A model generated the notes under the pieces. The model was not told where the DNA came from and ran no database searches. It worked only from the letters and a program-made list of their open reading frames with translations. Shown piece by piece: positions 9,716 through 19,683 of a stretch of 64,000 nucleotides of DNA. Position 1 is the first letter of the stretch. Every line of letters starts with the position of its first letter. This stretch comes from Microgenomates group bacterium (GTDB taxonomy: Bacteria; Patescibacteriota; Microgenomatia; UBA1400; MFAQ01): positions 247,932 to 311,931 of the forward strand of contig JBAQNH010000002.1 of NCBI GenBank assembly GCA_049303575.1. Reading direction: 5' to 3'. Both the position numbers and the translations under genes were made by a program.

Positions 9716-11554
9716 ATGACCATTAACGACATCAGGAGCAAATTCCTCTCTTTTATGGAAAAAAGAGGACATGCCATTATCCCTTCTGCATCACTAGTCC
9801 CCGAAGGTGACGCCACCACTCTTTTTACTTCTGCTGGTATGCAACCAATGATGCCCTATCTCCTTGGTCAAAAACATCCTTTAGGTACCCGTCTTGTTGA
9901 TTCTCAAAAATGTTTTCGTTCCGGAGATATTGATGAAATAGGAGACAATCGTCACACTACTTTTTTTGAAATGCTTGGTAACTGGTCACTGGGAGATTAC
10001 TTCAAAGACAAACAGCTTGAATGGTTTTTTACCTTTTTGACAAACAAAAACGAAGGTTTGGGTTTGGACCCTAAAAGACTCTTCGTCACCGTTTTTGAAG
10101 GAGGCTCTGGTGTAGGTAAAGATGTAGAAGCTGTCTCCATTTGGCAAGATCTCTTTAAAAAAGTAGGTGTTAGCGCCAAGGAAGGCGAACGTATTTTTGC
10201 TTATCCCGCCAACAAAAACTGGTGGTCCAGATCAGGAACTCCTGAAAATATGCCTGCCGGAGAACCAGGTGGTCCGGACTCCGAGGTCTTTTTTGATTTT
10301 GGTGAAAATCTAAAACTCCATGAAAAATCTAGTTTTAAAAAACAAAAATGTCACCCCAACTGTGACTGCGGTCGTTTTATGGAGATCGGCAACTCTGTTT
10401 TTATGCAGTATCTTAAAAAAGAGGATGGTACTCTTGAAGAACTTCCTCATAAAAACATCGACTTTGGTGGTGGTCTTACCCGTCTGGAGGCTGCCGTCAA
10501 CTCCGACCCGGATATGTTCAGGATCTCAAGTCTCCTCCCTTTGATTTCGGAAATTGAAAAAATTTCTGGAAAATCTTACTCTGATGTTGAAAATCAACCT
10601 CTCATGCGCGTGATTGCCGATCATCTCACCGCCGCTACCTTTCTTATTAAAGATGGTGTTTTCCCAACCAACAAAGCGCAAGGATATGTTCTTAGAAGGA
10701 TACTTCGTCGTGCCGCTGTCAAACTATATTTTCTGACTTCTGATTTCGAAACTCTCGAAAGACTTGCTGAACTTAGTTTCCTGGTCGCTCAGATTTATTC
10801 TCCTCTTTATTTCGATATCAAAAGAGACACACCCGTTCTTCACGAGACCATAAAGACCGAAATTAAAAGATTTAGTGTTTCCCTGGACAAAGGTATTAAA
10901 GAACTCGAAAAAAATCCCAAAATTGATGGTAAGGCCGCCTTTGACCTTTATCAAAATTATGGTTTCCCGCTGGAAATTACCGCTGAAATACTATCCAGAA
11001 TGAATATAAAAATCGACACGAAACAATTTGAAGCTGAATTTGAAAAACACAAACAACTTTCTCGTTCCGCTTCCGCCGGCATGTTTACCGGAGGCCTTGC
11101 TGACCACTCCAAAACCGTCACGGCGTACCACACGGCCACCCATTTGCTTCACGCTGCTCTCCGTCAAATCTTAGGTACTCACGTTGGTCAAAAAGGATCC
11201 AATATCACCTCGGAAAGACTCAGATTTGATTTTTCTCATCCGGAAAAACTCACGGATAATGAGATCAAATTAACTGAAGAATTAATCAATAGAGCAATCT
11301 CCACTAAACTTCCGGTTACTAGGGAAGAGATGAAAAAAGATGACGCTATTGCACAGGGAGCCATGGCTTTCTTTGGCCAAAAATATCCTGACATGGTTAG
11401 TGTTTACACGATTGGCGACAAAGAAAATACCTTTTCCAAGGAAATCTGCGGTGGACCCCATGTGACTAATACCCAAGAACTTGCTAAGATAAAGATAGTC
11501 AAACAAGAGTCACTGGGCGTTGGGACACGTCGCCTTTACTTACAGTTTGTTTGA
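9716..11554 (+). CDS. alaS: alanyl-tRNA synthetase, short form lacking the C-terminal C-Ala domain
   Basis: 612 aa; class II catalytic core (FTSAGMQP, FFEMLGNWSLGDY), editing domain HTATHLLH and CGGPHV motifs. Confidence 0.9.
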   Translation: MTINDIRSKFLSFMEKRGHAIIPSASLVPEGDATTLFTSAGMQPMMPYLLGQKHPLGTRLVDSQKCFRSGDIDEIGDNRHTTFFEMLGNWSLGDYFKDKQLEWFFTFLTNKNEGLGLDPKRLFVTVFEGGSGVGKDVEAVSIWQDLFKKVGVSAKEGERIFAYPANKNWWSRSGTPENMPAGEPGGPDSEVFFDFGENLKLHEKSSFKKQKCHPNCDCGRFMEIGNSVFMQYLKKEDGTLEELPHKNIDFGGGLTRLEAAVNSDPDMFRISSLLPLISEIEKISGKSYSDVENQPLMRVIADHLTAATFLIKDGVFPTNKAQGYVLRRILRRAAVKLYFLTSDFETLERLAELSFLVAQIYSPLYFDIKRDTPVLHETIKTEIKRFSVSLDKGIKELEKNPKIDGKAAFDLYQNYGFPLEITAEILSRMNIKIDTKQFEAEFEKHKQLSRSASAGMFTGGLADHSKTVTAYHTATHLLHAALRQILGTHVGQKGSNITSERLRFDFSHPEKLTDNEIKLTEELINRAISTKLPVTREEMKKDDAIAQGAMAFFGQKYPDMVSVYTIGDKENTFSKEICGGPHVTNTQELAKIKIVKQESLGVGTRRLYLQFV

Positions 11555-13728
11555 CGACTTCTGTCATGAACTTAGTAAATCTATTTGGAAACAAGTCAAA
11601 AACCAAAGAACCGGATTATTTTTTGGCCATCGAGATTCATGAATCTCTCATTAAAACCGCTCTCTGGGAAGTTGCCGAGGGAACTCCCTCTGTCATTAAA
11701 GTAGGATCATTTGAGTCATGGGCTGATGAAGACTCTCTTATAAATGGAGTTGATGCCTCACTCGAGCAAGCCGTCAAAGACATTGATTCCGAACCCCGAA
11801 AAGTTATTTTTGGACTTCCTGATTCCTGGATTGATGACGGCAAAGTTCACCCTTCAAAAACCAAACTAATAAGTCGTTTAGTTAAAGAGTTAGGACTTGA
11901 TCCCATTGGTATGGTTCCCATAAACTCCGCCATTGCTCATTACATGAAAAATCTTGAAGGTATTCCTCCCACGGCCATTCTTCTTGAAATCTATACTACC
12001 AAAGTTGTTGTCTCCGTTATTGAAAAGGGTGAAATAACCTCATCGGAAGAAACTGCCAGGTCAGATGACCTAGCCCAAGATGTTGAGGAAGGACTAACCG
12101 TCATTGGCAAGGAAAAGCTACCAGCTCGTTTTATCCTCACCAACGGCGGAGCACTTGAGGAAGAAGAACAACGCATCACCTCTCATCCTTGGCAGGAAAG
12201 GCTTCCTTTTCAACATATGCCCAAGGTTGAAGCTCTACCCGTAGACTTTAGTATTCGAGCCATTGCTCTCACTGGAGGTACGGAAGCTGTCCAATATCTT
12301 ACTGGAAAGACAAGCGAAGAGCCGCAGGAAGAAAGTTTTCCTCATGAAGAAACTAATATTTATGTTCCGGAAGTCTCACCGACATCCATTGACGAGCTCG
12401 GTTTTTCGTACGAAGAGGCCGATGCTCCCTCATCGGTAGAAAAAGCTCCCCCCGAAACATACGTCGAAACATCCACCGAAATCTCGGAACCGGAATATGC
12501 TCTTAGTCCGGAAGAACCATCCTTTACTCCAAAACCAAAAAATAAACTCGCTTTTTCTCTACCAACTTTTCCAAAATTTAGACTTCCCGATATAAAAGTA
12601 AATAAACTTTCTTGGTTATATTTACTAATCCTACCTTTGTTATTGATTTTGGGTTATGTTCTTTATCTATTTACCGGACAGGCAATTATTTCCATTGCCT
12701 TCAATCCTCAAAAAATCACTGGTCAGTACACCATCTCCATTGCCGAGAGTTCTGTTTCGGCCACACCCACTTTATTGTCCACAAAAAAAACGGTTTCTGG
12801 CTCTGCCAAAGAACAAATTCCTACCACTGGAGACGCGACTGTAGGGGACAAAGCTTCCGGAGCAATTACCATTGCCAACAAATCAACTGCCCCCATTGTT
12901 ATTAAAGCCGGCACCAGCATTCTCTCCGAAAATAGCAAATATGCGTATACCATAAACGATGCAGTGACCGTCGCTTCCAAGAGTGCCGATGTCGGCATTG
13001 TTCAGGGAGCATATGGAATTGCGTCAGGGGTAAAGGTGACAGCAGTCAAGATTGGTGCTGACTACAACCTTCCCAAAAACTCAAATTTCTCCGTTGATAA
13101 CTACTCAAAAAACACCATCATTGCCGTTGCTGATGCAGACTTCTCCGGTGGAACATCCAGAGCAGTTCGTGCAGTTTCCAAAGCCGATCAAGACAAACTT
13201 CTTTTACTGGCTACCGAGAAAATAAAGGCGCAAATTCAAGCCTCAACTCAATCACAAACTCCCGGATTTAAATCTCTGGCACTTTCCGAATTTGCCTTCA
13301 CCAAAAAAACTTTTGATAAGAATGTTGGCGAAGAAGCCACGGTTTTAAATTTGGATCTTGAAGGGTCGGTTGATACTCTCGTTTATTCCGAGGACAATCT
13401 TTATCAACTAATTGCGGTTCAACTCGCCCCCCAAATACCCGCTGGCTCAGAAATTTTTCCTGGAAACACTGCCATCGTACTCGAAGAACCAATTAAAAAA
13501 GACGGCTACTACGAAGCAAAAGTAAACGTGGAGACCAGTCTCTTCCCCAAGATTGATGAAGAAAAATTAAAAGCAGCTATCGGGGGAAAATCTGTCACCG
13601 GAATTCGCCCCTACTTCTCTACTATTCAAGGGTTTAGTCAACTTAGGATTAAAATTGCCCCCAAAATTCCCATTTTCACCAACTTCCTTCCCCTGAAAAA
13701 CATCAAGTTTGAACTAGTGGAGGACTAA
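11551..13728 (+). CDS. hypothetical membrane protein: N-terminal PilM/FtsA-like actin-fold domain, acidic linker, single TM helix, large extracellular domain
   Basis: 725 aa; residues ~20-190 resemble the PilM/FtsA SHS2 and 1A/2A region; TM LSWLYLLILPLLLILGYVLYLF at ~aa 350-375. Confidence 0.5.
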   Translation: MTTSVMNLVNLFGNKSKTKEPDYFLAIEIHESLIKTALWEVAEGTPSVIKVGSFESWADEDSLINGVDASLEQAVKDIDSEPRKVIFGLPDSWIDDGKVHPSKTKLISRLVKELGLDPIGMVPINSAIAHYMKNLEGIPPTAILLEIYTTKVVVSVIEKGEITSSEETARSDDLAQDVEEGLTVIGKEKLPARFILTNGGALEEEEQRITSHPWQERLPFQHMPKVEALPVDFSIRAIALTGGTEAVQYLTGKTSEEPQEESFPHEETNIYVPEVSPTSIDELGFSYEEADAPSSVEKAPPETYVETSTEISEPEYALSPEEPSFTPKPKNKLAFSLPTFPKFRLPDIKVNKLSWLYLLILPLLLILGYVLYLFTGQAIISIAFNPQKITGQYTISIAESSVSATPTLLSTKKTVSGSAKEQIPTTGDATVGDKASGAITIANKSTAPIVIKAGTSILSENSKYAYTINDAVTVASKSADVGIVQGAYGIASGVKVTAVKIGADYNLPKNSNFSVDNYSKNTIIAVADADFSGGTSRAVRAVSKADQDKLLLLATEKIKAQIQASTQSQTPGFKSLALSEFAFTKKTFDKNVGEEATVLNLDLEGSVDTLVYSEDNLYQLIAVQLAPQIPAGSEIFPGNTAIVLEEPIKKDGYYEAKVNVETSLFPKIDEEKLKAAIGGKSVTGIRPYFSTIQGFSQLRIKIAPKIPIFTNFLPLKNIKFELVED

Positions 13729-13729
13729 C

Positions 13730-14482
13730 ATGCTCTACGGATACAAAAAGGCTACGGCGAAAAATCCGCATCCTGGGCGAAAAATCCCCATCTACCTAAA
13801 AACCGTACCAACATTAATTTCTGCCCTTGGCCTTGGAATCCTTGGTGCCGTAGCTTATCCCGTGGTAAGTTATCAGTTAAAAGACTTCAAGCCGTTTAGT
13901 CTGGTAAATACTGGCCTTCTCTCCCCGGTCTATTACGAATCAAAAGCAAGCTCGGATCGTGAACCAAAGGTCCTGAGTGACCTGGACTATACCAAAGCCA
14001 GTAGTTGGTTCCCCGGAGACACTCAAAATAATCCCTTTACTGCCCCCAAGATGGACGATGGCAACATTCCCGAATTTTATTCCATCTCTGTTCCTTCCCT
14101 TGGACTTGCCGATGTTCAGGTAAGTTTATTTGACGAAGATCTGACGAAACACCTGGTCCAGTATCCTCAAACCGCACTTCCTGGGGAACTCGGTTCGCCT
14201 GTAATTTTTGGTCACTCTACCCTCCCACAATTTTATAATCCCTTAAAATACACCACCATTTTTTCCAATTTACCCAAAATAAAACTTGGTTCGGACGTCT
14301 TTGTCAAATACAAAGACGCAGAATATACTTATCGAGTTACCAGTATTATTGAGGTAAAACCATCGGAGCTCTGGGTACTAAAACAAAACTACAACGCTAA
14401 AACTATTAAATTAATTACTTGCGTTCCTCCTGGAACCACTCTTCGTCGTCTAGTGGTGGAAGCAACTCTCATTGAAAATTAA
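13730..14482 (+). CDS. sortase family transpeptidase
   Basis: N-terminal TM anchor, catalytic His (IFGHSTL), TLxTC motif (KLITCVPPG), Arg (RRLVV). Confidence 0.7.
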   Translation: MLYGYKKATAKNPHPGRKIPIYLKTVPTLISALGLGILGAVAYPVVSYQLKDFKPFSLVNTGLLSPVYYESKASSDREPKVLSDLDYTKASSWFPGDTQNNPFTAPKMDDGNIPEFYSISVPSLGLADVQVSLFDEDLTKHLVQYPQTALPGELGSPVIFGHSTLPQFYNPLKYTTIFSNLPKIKLGSDVFVKYKDAEYTYRVTSIIEVKPSELWVLKQNYNAKTIKLITCVPPGTTLRRLVVEATLIEN

Positions 14483-14484
14483 AT

Positions 14485-14883
14485 ATGAAAACAATACTCT
14501 GTCTCGATCTTGGTACCGCTCATACAGGCATTGCCATTTCTCACGAGGGAATTCTTGCCGAACCTTTGGCTACCATTTTTGAGTCCAAAAAAGACAGACT
14601 CCTTGGTAAACTCCTTCCCTTTATAGCCAAAAACGATCCTGAAACCATCGTTATTGGTGTTCCTCGTCATGGTCCGTTGGTTGAAACAGCTTCAGACCTA
14701 AAAAAACAGCTTCAGAAAGTTTTCTCTGGCAAAATTGTTTTGTTTTCGGAAGACTTTTCTTCCCGTTCGGCCAGAAGCCTCCTGAAAGAATCTGGTAAGA
14801 CTTTAATGAGAAGAAAAAAGAGTGAGCATCAAACAGCCGCCGCCATCATTTTGGAGGACTATCTAGACAACGCCGACAATTAA
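14485..14883 (+). CDS. ruvX: Holliday junction resolvase-like YqgF/RuvX
   Basis: ILCLDLGTAHTGIAIS N-terminus; RNase H-like fold family. Confidence 0.85.
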   Translation: MKTILCLDLGTAHTGIAISHEGILAEPLATIFESKKDRLLGKLLPFIAKNDPETIVIGVPRHGPLVETASDLKKQLQKVFSGKIVLFSEDFSSRSARSLLKESGKTLMRRKKSEHQTAAAIILEDYLDNADN

Positions 14884-14903
14884 CACTTTGATACAATAAA
14901 GCT

Positions 14904-15110
14904 ATGTTCAAGAATATTATTGCTCCCGTTCAGGCCTGGCTCCTTTCCAAAGGCTCTTGCGTTGGTTGTGGCACCCCACTCATTGAAGGTGAAAGTATCC
15001 CTTCAAAAAAGGTCAAAGACTGCAATCAGGTCACCTGCAAATGTGGTCGTATCTTTATTTATAATCCCAAGACAAAAACCTACCGCCGCGCCCTTTTAAG
15101 TGAAGTATAA
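14904..15110 (+). CDS. small zinc-ribbon protein
   Basis: CVGCG ... CKCG pairs; 68 aa. Confidence 0.35.
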   Translation: MFKNIIAPVQAWLLSKGSCVGCGTPLIEGESIPSKKVKDCNQVTCKCGRIFIYNPKTKTYRRALLSEV

Positions 15111-16104
15111 ATTCATGTTTAAACGCCTTTTTACTGTCTTTACCATCCTTTTTATTGCCCTTTTTGGTTGGTTTTTTCAAGCTACTAGACCAGTCACTTA
15201 CAAACAAACTTCCACTCAAGAGTTTGAAATTAAACCCGGTTGGGGTATCGACCGCATTGGTCAAGAACTAAGTGCTGCCAAACTAATTAGGTCCAGAGCC
15301 GCGTTCAAAATTACCGTTATAGTTCGTGGTATTTCCAGTCGAGTTCAAGCTGGCTTTTTTAGACTTTCACCCAATATGAGTATCACCGAGATTGCCAACA
15401 GTCTCACTCATGCCAGTACCAAGACAATAAGAGTCACTATCCCCGAAGGTCTTCGTCGTCAAGAAATTGCCCTTATCTTCGAAAGTGCCTTTAAAAATGC
15501 CGAAGGTAAGACTTTTACTACTACCGAGTTTATTTCCAAAACCGCCGACAAAGAGGGGAGACTTTTCCCGGATACTTACGACTTTGATCCCAAAGCCACT
15601 ACTTCCGCTATCATCAGTCGTTTAGAAAAAAGATATTTGGATATCTTAGTTGAAGCAAAAGTTTCGGAAGCAGACATAAACAAGGTAACCATACTTGCCT
15701 CACTTCTGGAAAGAGAAGCTGCCTCCTCTACCGAAATGCCCGAAGTTGCTGGTGTTATTGAAAACAGAATCAATGCCGGCTGGCCACTTCAAATTGACGC
15801 CACTGTTCAGTACGCCTTGTCCACCATCCGTTGCCGAAAGCTTGACTGCGATTGGTGGCCAAAAAGTCTTACCCGGGCAGACCTTCAAGTTAGCTCACCC
15901 TACAACACCTACCTCAATCAAGGTTTACCTCCCAAACCAATCAGTAATCCTGGGAAAGCCGCCCTCCTAGCCGCCGTTTCTCCCAAGAAAACATCCGCTT
16001 GGTTTTATCTTCACGATTTAAATGGAAAAATTCATTTTGCAAACACCATCGAAGAGCACAATCAAAACGTTTGCACCTACCTTCAAAAAGACTGCGGCAA
16101 CTGA
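15100..16104 (+). CDS. mltG: endolytic murein transglycosylase MltG (YceG-like)
   Basis: N-terminal TM helix, YceG domain, conserved alaS-ruvX-mltG neighbourhood. Confidence 0.8.
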   Translation: MKYKFMFKRLFTVFTILFIALFGWFFQATRPVTYKQTSTQEFEIKPGWGIDRIGQELSAAKLIRSRAAFKITVIVRGISSRVQAGFFRLSPNMSITEIANSLTHASTKTIRVTIPEGLRRQEIALIFESAFKNAEGKTFTTTEFISKTADKEGRLFPDTYDFDPKATTSAIISRLEKRYLDILVEAKVSEADINKVTILASLLEREAASSTEMPEVAGVIENRINAGWPLQIDATVQYALSTIRCRKLDCDWWPKSLTRADLQVSSPYNTYLNQGLPPKPISNPGKAALLAAVSPKKTSAWFYLHDLNGKIHFANTIEEHNQNVCTYLQKDCGN

Positions 16105-16237
16105 TGAATCTTTAGGTTGACAACGGCCTCAACATTATGATATCCTAATGGCACTGCTATAAACTTGGCTGGATTTTGTGTCGGTCAGGTTTTCGTATGT
16201 TTCATTGTTATTTACTTTTCCTTAAAATCCAAAACGG

Positions 16238-19200
16238 ATGAATAAACAAACCAATCGTGAAAACTGGGGAACAATAAACCCGGTATTACCAGAATTGAAT
16301 TTGATTCAAATTCAAATCAACTCATACAAGCAATTTCTCCAAGACGGCATAAGTGAGTCTCTCACGGAGCTTAACCCCATCAAGGACTTCACTGGTAAGG
16401 TTTTTGAATTCGAATTTCTTTCAAACCGTATTGGTCTTCCTAAAATCACTCCCAAACAAGCCATTGAAAAAGGCGTTACTTTCGAAGCTCCTCTTTGGGC
16501 AACCGTTAAATTAACCAATCTCCACTCCAAAGCCACCCAGCAACAGGAAATTTTCTTGGGTGACATCCCCATGATGACTTCCACAGGAACCTTTATCATT
16601 AATGGGGTCGAACGTGTCGTTGTCGATCAGTTGGTTCGCTCTCCAGGCGCCTACTTCACTCGTGAAGTTGATCCTCACTCTGGTCGTGCTATTCATCAGG
16701 CTGAAATCCGCCCCATGCGTGGTTCTTGGCTAGAAGTAATTGTTAGTCGCAACGATCATCTCTCTGTCAGAATCGACCGTCATCGCAAAGTATCTGCCAC
16801 CACCCTCCTTCGCGCTCTAGGTTTTAGTACCAACGAAGAAATTCTCGCGCTTTTCAGTGAAGTCGACATTGACAAAGATCACCCCTACATTGCCACCACC
16901 CTTCTCAAGGATCCAACCACCAACACAGAAGAAGCTCTTTTGGAGTTCTATCAAAAGGTTCGCCCCGGTGAACCAGCCGTTCTTGAAAATGCCAAAGCTC
17001 TTCTCCACCAAATGTTTTTTGATTCTCGACGTTATAACTTAGGACTCGTTGGACGTTACAAGATGAGTCGAAAACTTGGTCTATCTACTCCAGTAGACAA
17101 ACAACACGTTACTCTTTCCATCGATGACTTTATTGGTTCCATCAAATACCTTATCGATCTTCAAAATGGCAAAGGTAAAGTTGACGACATTGATCATTTA
17201 GCCAACCGCCGTCTTCGTTGCGTCGGTGAACTTGTCAACCAGACTTCTTTCAAGGCGGGACTCTTGAGGCTTGAGCGTTCCATCAAAGAGAAAATGTCTC
17301 TTGCCAAACCCGACGAACTTCCCACCCCCGCTGCTTTTGTAAATCCCAGACCAATAATTTCCGCCATTACCGAGTTTTTCCGCCGAAACAGACTTTCTTC
17401 CATCCTAGATCAGGTTAACCCTCTTTCAGAAATCGATAACTTAAGACGTATTTCCGTTATGGGACCTGGTGGTATCACTCGTGAACGTGCTAGTTTTTCC
17501 ATGCGTGACATTCACTCTTCTCAATACTCCCGTATCTGTCCAGTAAGATCTCCTGAAGGTCCAAACATTGGTTTGGTTACCTACCTGGCTCTTTACACTC
17601 GTATCAACGACTATGGTTTCCTCGAGTCACCCTATCTTAAAGTTGAAAAAGTAACAAGAGGTGGCAAAACCAAGATGGTTATCGGCAAAGAAATTATTTT
17701 CCTCGCCGCCGATGATGAAGAAGACGTTTATGTTACTCACGCCGGAATCGAACGCGATGGTGATGTCATTACTCAAAAATGGGTTCCTGCTCGCTACCAA
17801 GGCAAATACCTCGAAGTCGACGCCGACTTAATCCAATACATTGATGTTGTTCCTCGTCAGGTTGTTGGTACTTCGGCTTCTCTCATTCCTTTCATTCAGC
17901 AAGATGAAGGTACTCGTGCTCTCATGGGTACTCACCACCTTACTCAGGCCTTACCTCTAGTCAAACCTTCCGCCCCTATTGTCGGTACCGGTATGGAAAG
18001 TGTTGTTGCTCAAAGTATGGGCTGGTCAGTCACTTCTCAGTTTGCCGGCGAAGTTATTTCCGTCGACGCCGACCACATCTCCCTCAAGCTTTCTCCATCT
18101 GACGCTAAAATCGCTGCCTCCGAGGTCTCTCCTTTTGACTACGGTTTTGTCGAAGTCAATCGTGACATCGTTACCTACAACATCAGAAAATATCACAACT
18201 CTTCTCAAGACACCTCCTACAACCAGCATCCCTTGGTCGACATTGGTGACAAAATCAAAAAAGGTGACTGCATCATCAACGGTCCAGCTGCTGAAAATGG
18301 CGAGTTGGCTCTCGGTCAAAACCTTTTAATTGCCTATGCCGCTTTCGAAGGTCTAGGTTATGAAGATGCCATCGTTGTTTCTGATCGTTGCGTTAGTCAG
18401 GATCTTCTTTCTTCCGTCCATATTCATGAACACACCTGTGACGTCATGGATACAAAGCTTGGACCTGAAGAATTAACCCGAGACATCCCCAACGTTGCCG
18501 AAACTGATCTACGAAACCTCGACCACGAAGGTATTATTGCCGTCGGTTCCGTAGTTGGTCCCAACGACATTTTGATTGGAAAAATTGCTCCTAAGGGTGA
18601 AACCGAACTCACTGCCGAAGAAAGATTGCTTCGCGCCATCTTTGGCGAAAAGGCAAGAGAAGTTAGAGATACCTCTCTTCGTATGCCTCACGGTGAACAA
18701 GGTGTCATCATTTCTATCCGCATTTTAAATCGCGATGACGGTGACGAACTTGACGCTGGTGTCATCAAACAGATCAAAGTCAAAGTCGCTCAGCTCAGAA
18801 AAATTACCGTTGGTGACAAAGTCGCTGGACGTCATGGTAATAAAGGAGTCATTAGTAAAATCGTTTCTCAGGCCGACATGCCCCATATGGCTGACGGTAC
18901 CCCTGTTGATATTATTATTTCTCCTCTCTCAGTTCTCGCTCGTATGAACTTAGGTCAGCTCCTGGAAGCCCAACTTGGATTTGCCGGAAGCAAACTTGGT
19001 AAACGTTACTCAGTTCCGGTTTTTGAAAGTGTTTCCGAAGCCAAAATTGCCGCCGCTTTAAAAGAAGCCGATCTTCCTGTTACCGGTAAGATTCAGCTTT
19101 ACGACGGTCGAAGTGGAGAAGCTTTTGAAGAAGAGACCGCTGTTGGTGTTACCTACATCATAAAGCTCAACCACATGGTCGAAGACAAGACTCATGCGCG

Positions 19201-19678
19201 TAGTATTGGACCTTACAGTTTAGTCACTCAGCAGCCATTAGGTGGTAAAGCTCAAATGGGAGGACAGCGTTTGGGAGAAATGGAAGTCTGGGCTCTCGAA
19301 GCACACAAAGCCGCCTATACCCTCCAGGAAATGCTCACCATTAAATCCGATGACGTTGTTGGTCGTTCCAAAGCTTTCGAATCAATTGTTAAAGGTGAAA
19401 CGATCTCCATGTCCTCAGTTCCTGAGTCCTTCAAGGTTCTTATGAAAGAACTTAACTCTCTCGGACTTGCAATCGTTCCAACCGGATCGGTTGAAGTTGT
19501 CGAGGAAGAACCTACCGCCATAAAACCAGAAGTCGCCGCCGAAATTACCGAAGCAACTGCGATGAGTGAAGAACTTCAAGCCGCTACTTTTGAAGATGAA
19601 GAGGAATCTGAAGAAACCGAAGAAGTGTCGGAAGAAGCCGCTGAAGCGGGTATTACCAAAGAAGAAGTAAATCAGTAA
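16238..19678 (+). CDS. rpoB: DNA-directed RNA polymerase beta subunit
   Basis: 1146 aa; conserved beta motifs; acidic C-terminal tail. Confidence 0.97.
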   Translation: MNKQTNRENWGTINPVLPELNLIQIQINSYKQFLQDGISESLTELNPIKDFTGKVFEFEFLSNRIGLPKITPKQAIEKGVTFEAPLWATVKLTNLHSKATQQQEIFLGDIPMMTSTGTFIINGVERVVVDQLVRSPGAYFTREVDPHSGRAIHQAEIRPMRGSWLEVIVSRNDHLSVRIDRHRKVSATTLLRALGFSTNEEILALFSEVDIDKDHPYIATTLLKDPTTNTEEALLEFYQKVRPGEPAVLENAKALLHQMFFDSRRYNLGLVGRYKMSRKLGLSTPVDKQHVTLSIDDFIGSIKYLIDLQNGKGKVDDIDHLANRRLRCVGELVNQTSFKAGLLRLERSIKEKMSLAKPDELPTPAAFVNPRPIISAITEFFRRNRLSSILDQVNPLSEIDNLRRISVMGPGGITRERASFSMRDIHSSQYSRICPVRSPEGPNIGLVTYLALYTRINDYGFLESPYLKVEKVTRGGKTKMVIGKEIIFLAADDEEDVYVTHAGIERDGDVITQKWVPARYQGKYLEVDADLIQYIDVVPRQVVGTSASLIPFIQQDEGTRALMGTHHLTQALPLVKPSAPIVGTGMESVVAQSMGWSVTSQFAGEVISVDADHISLKLSPSDAKIAASEVSPFDYGFVEVNRDIVTYNIRKYHNSSQDTSYNQHPLVDIGDKIKKGDCIINGPAAENGELALGQNLLIAYAAFEGLGYEDAIVVSDRCVSQDLLSSVHIHEHTCDVMDTKLGPEELTRDIPNVAETDLRNLDHEGIIAVGSVVGPNDILIGKIAPKGETELTAEERLLRAIFGEKAREVRDTSLRMPHGEQGVIISIRILNRDDGDELDAGVIKQIKVKVAQLRKITVGDKVAGRHGNKGVISKIVSQADMPHMADGTPVDIIISPLSVLARMNLGQLLEAQLGFAGSKLGKRYSVPVFESVSEAKIAAALKEADLPVTGKIQLYDGRSGEAFEEETAVGVTYIIKLNHMVEDKTHARSIGPYSLVTQQPLGGKAQMGGQRLGEMEVWALEAHKAAYTLQEMLTIKSDDVVGRSKAFESIVKGETISMSSVPESFKVLMKELNSLGLAIVPTGSVEVVEEEPTAIKPEVAAEITEATAMSEELQAATFEDEEESEETEEVSEEAAEAGITKEEVNQ

Positions 19679-19683
19679 AAAAT

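Noticed and set aside
14904-15110. Considered the 68-aa Zn-ribbon ORF as the yrzB counterpart of the Firmicutes alaS-ruvX-mltG cluster
   Set aside because: YrzB (DUF1292) is not a zinc ribbon, so no family assignment was made. It is kept only as a hypothetical small protein.
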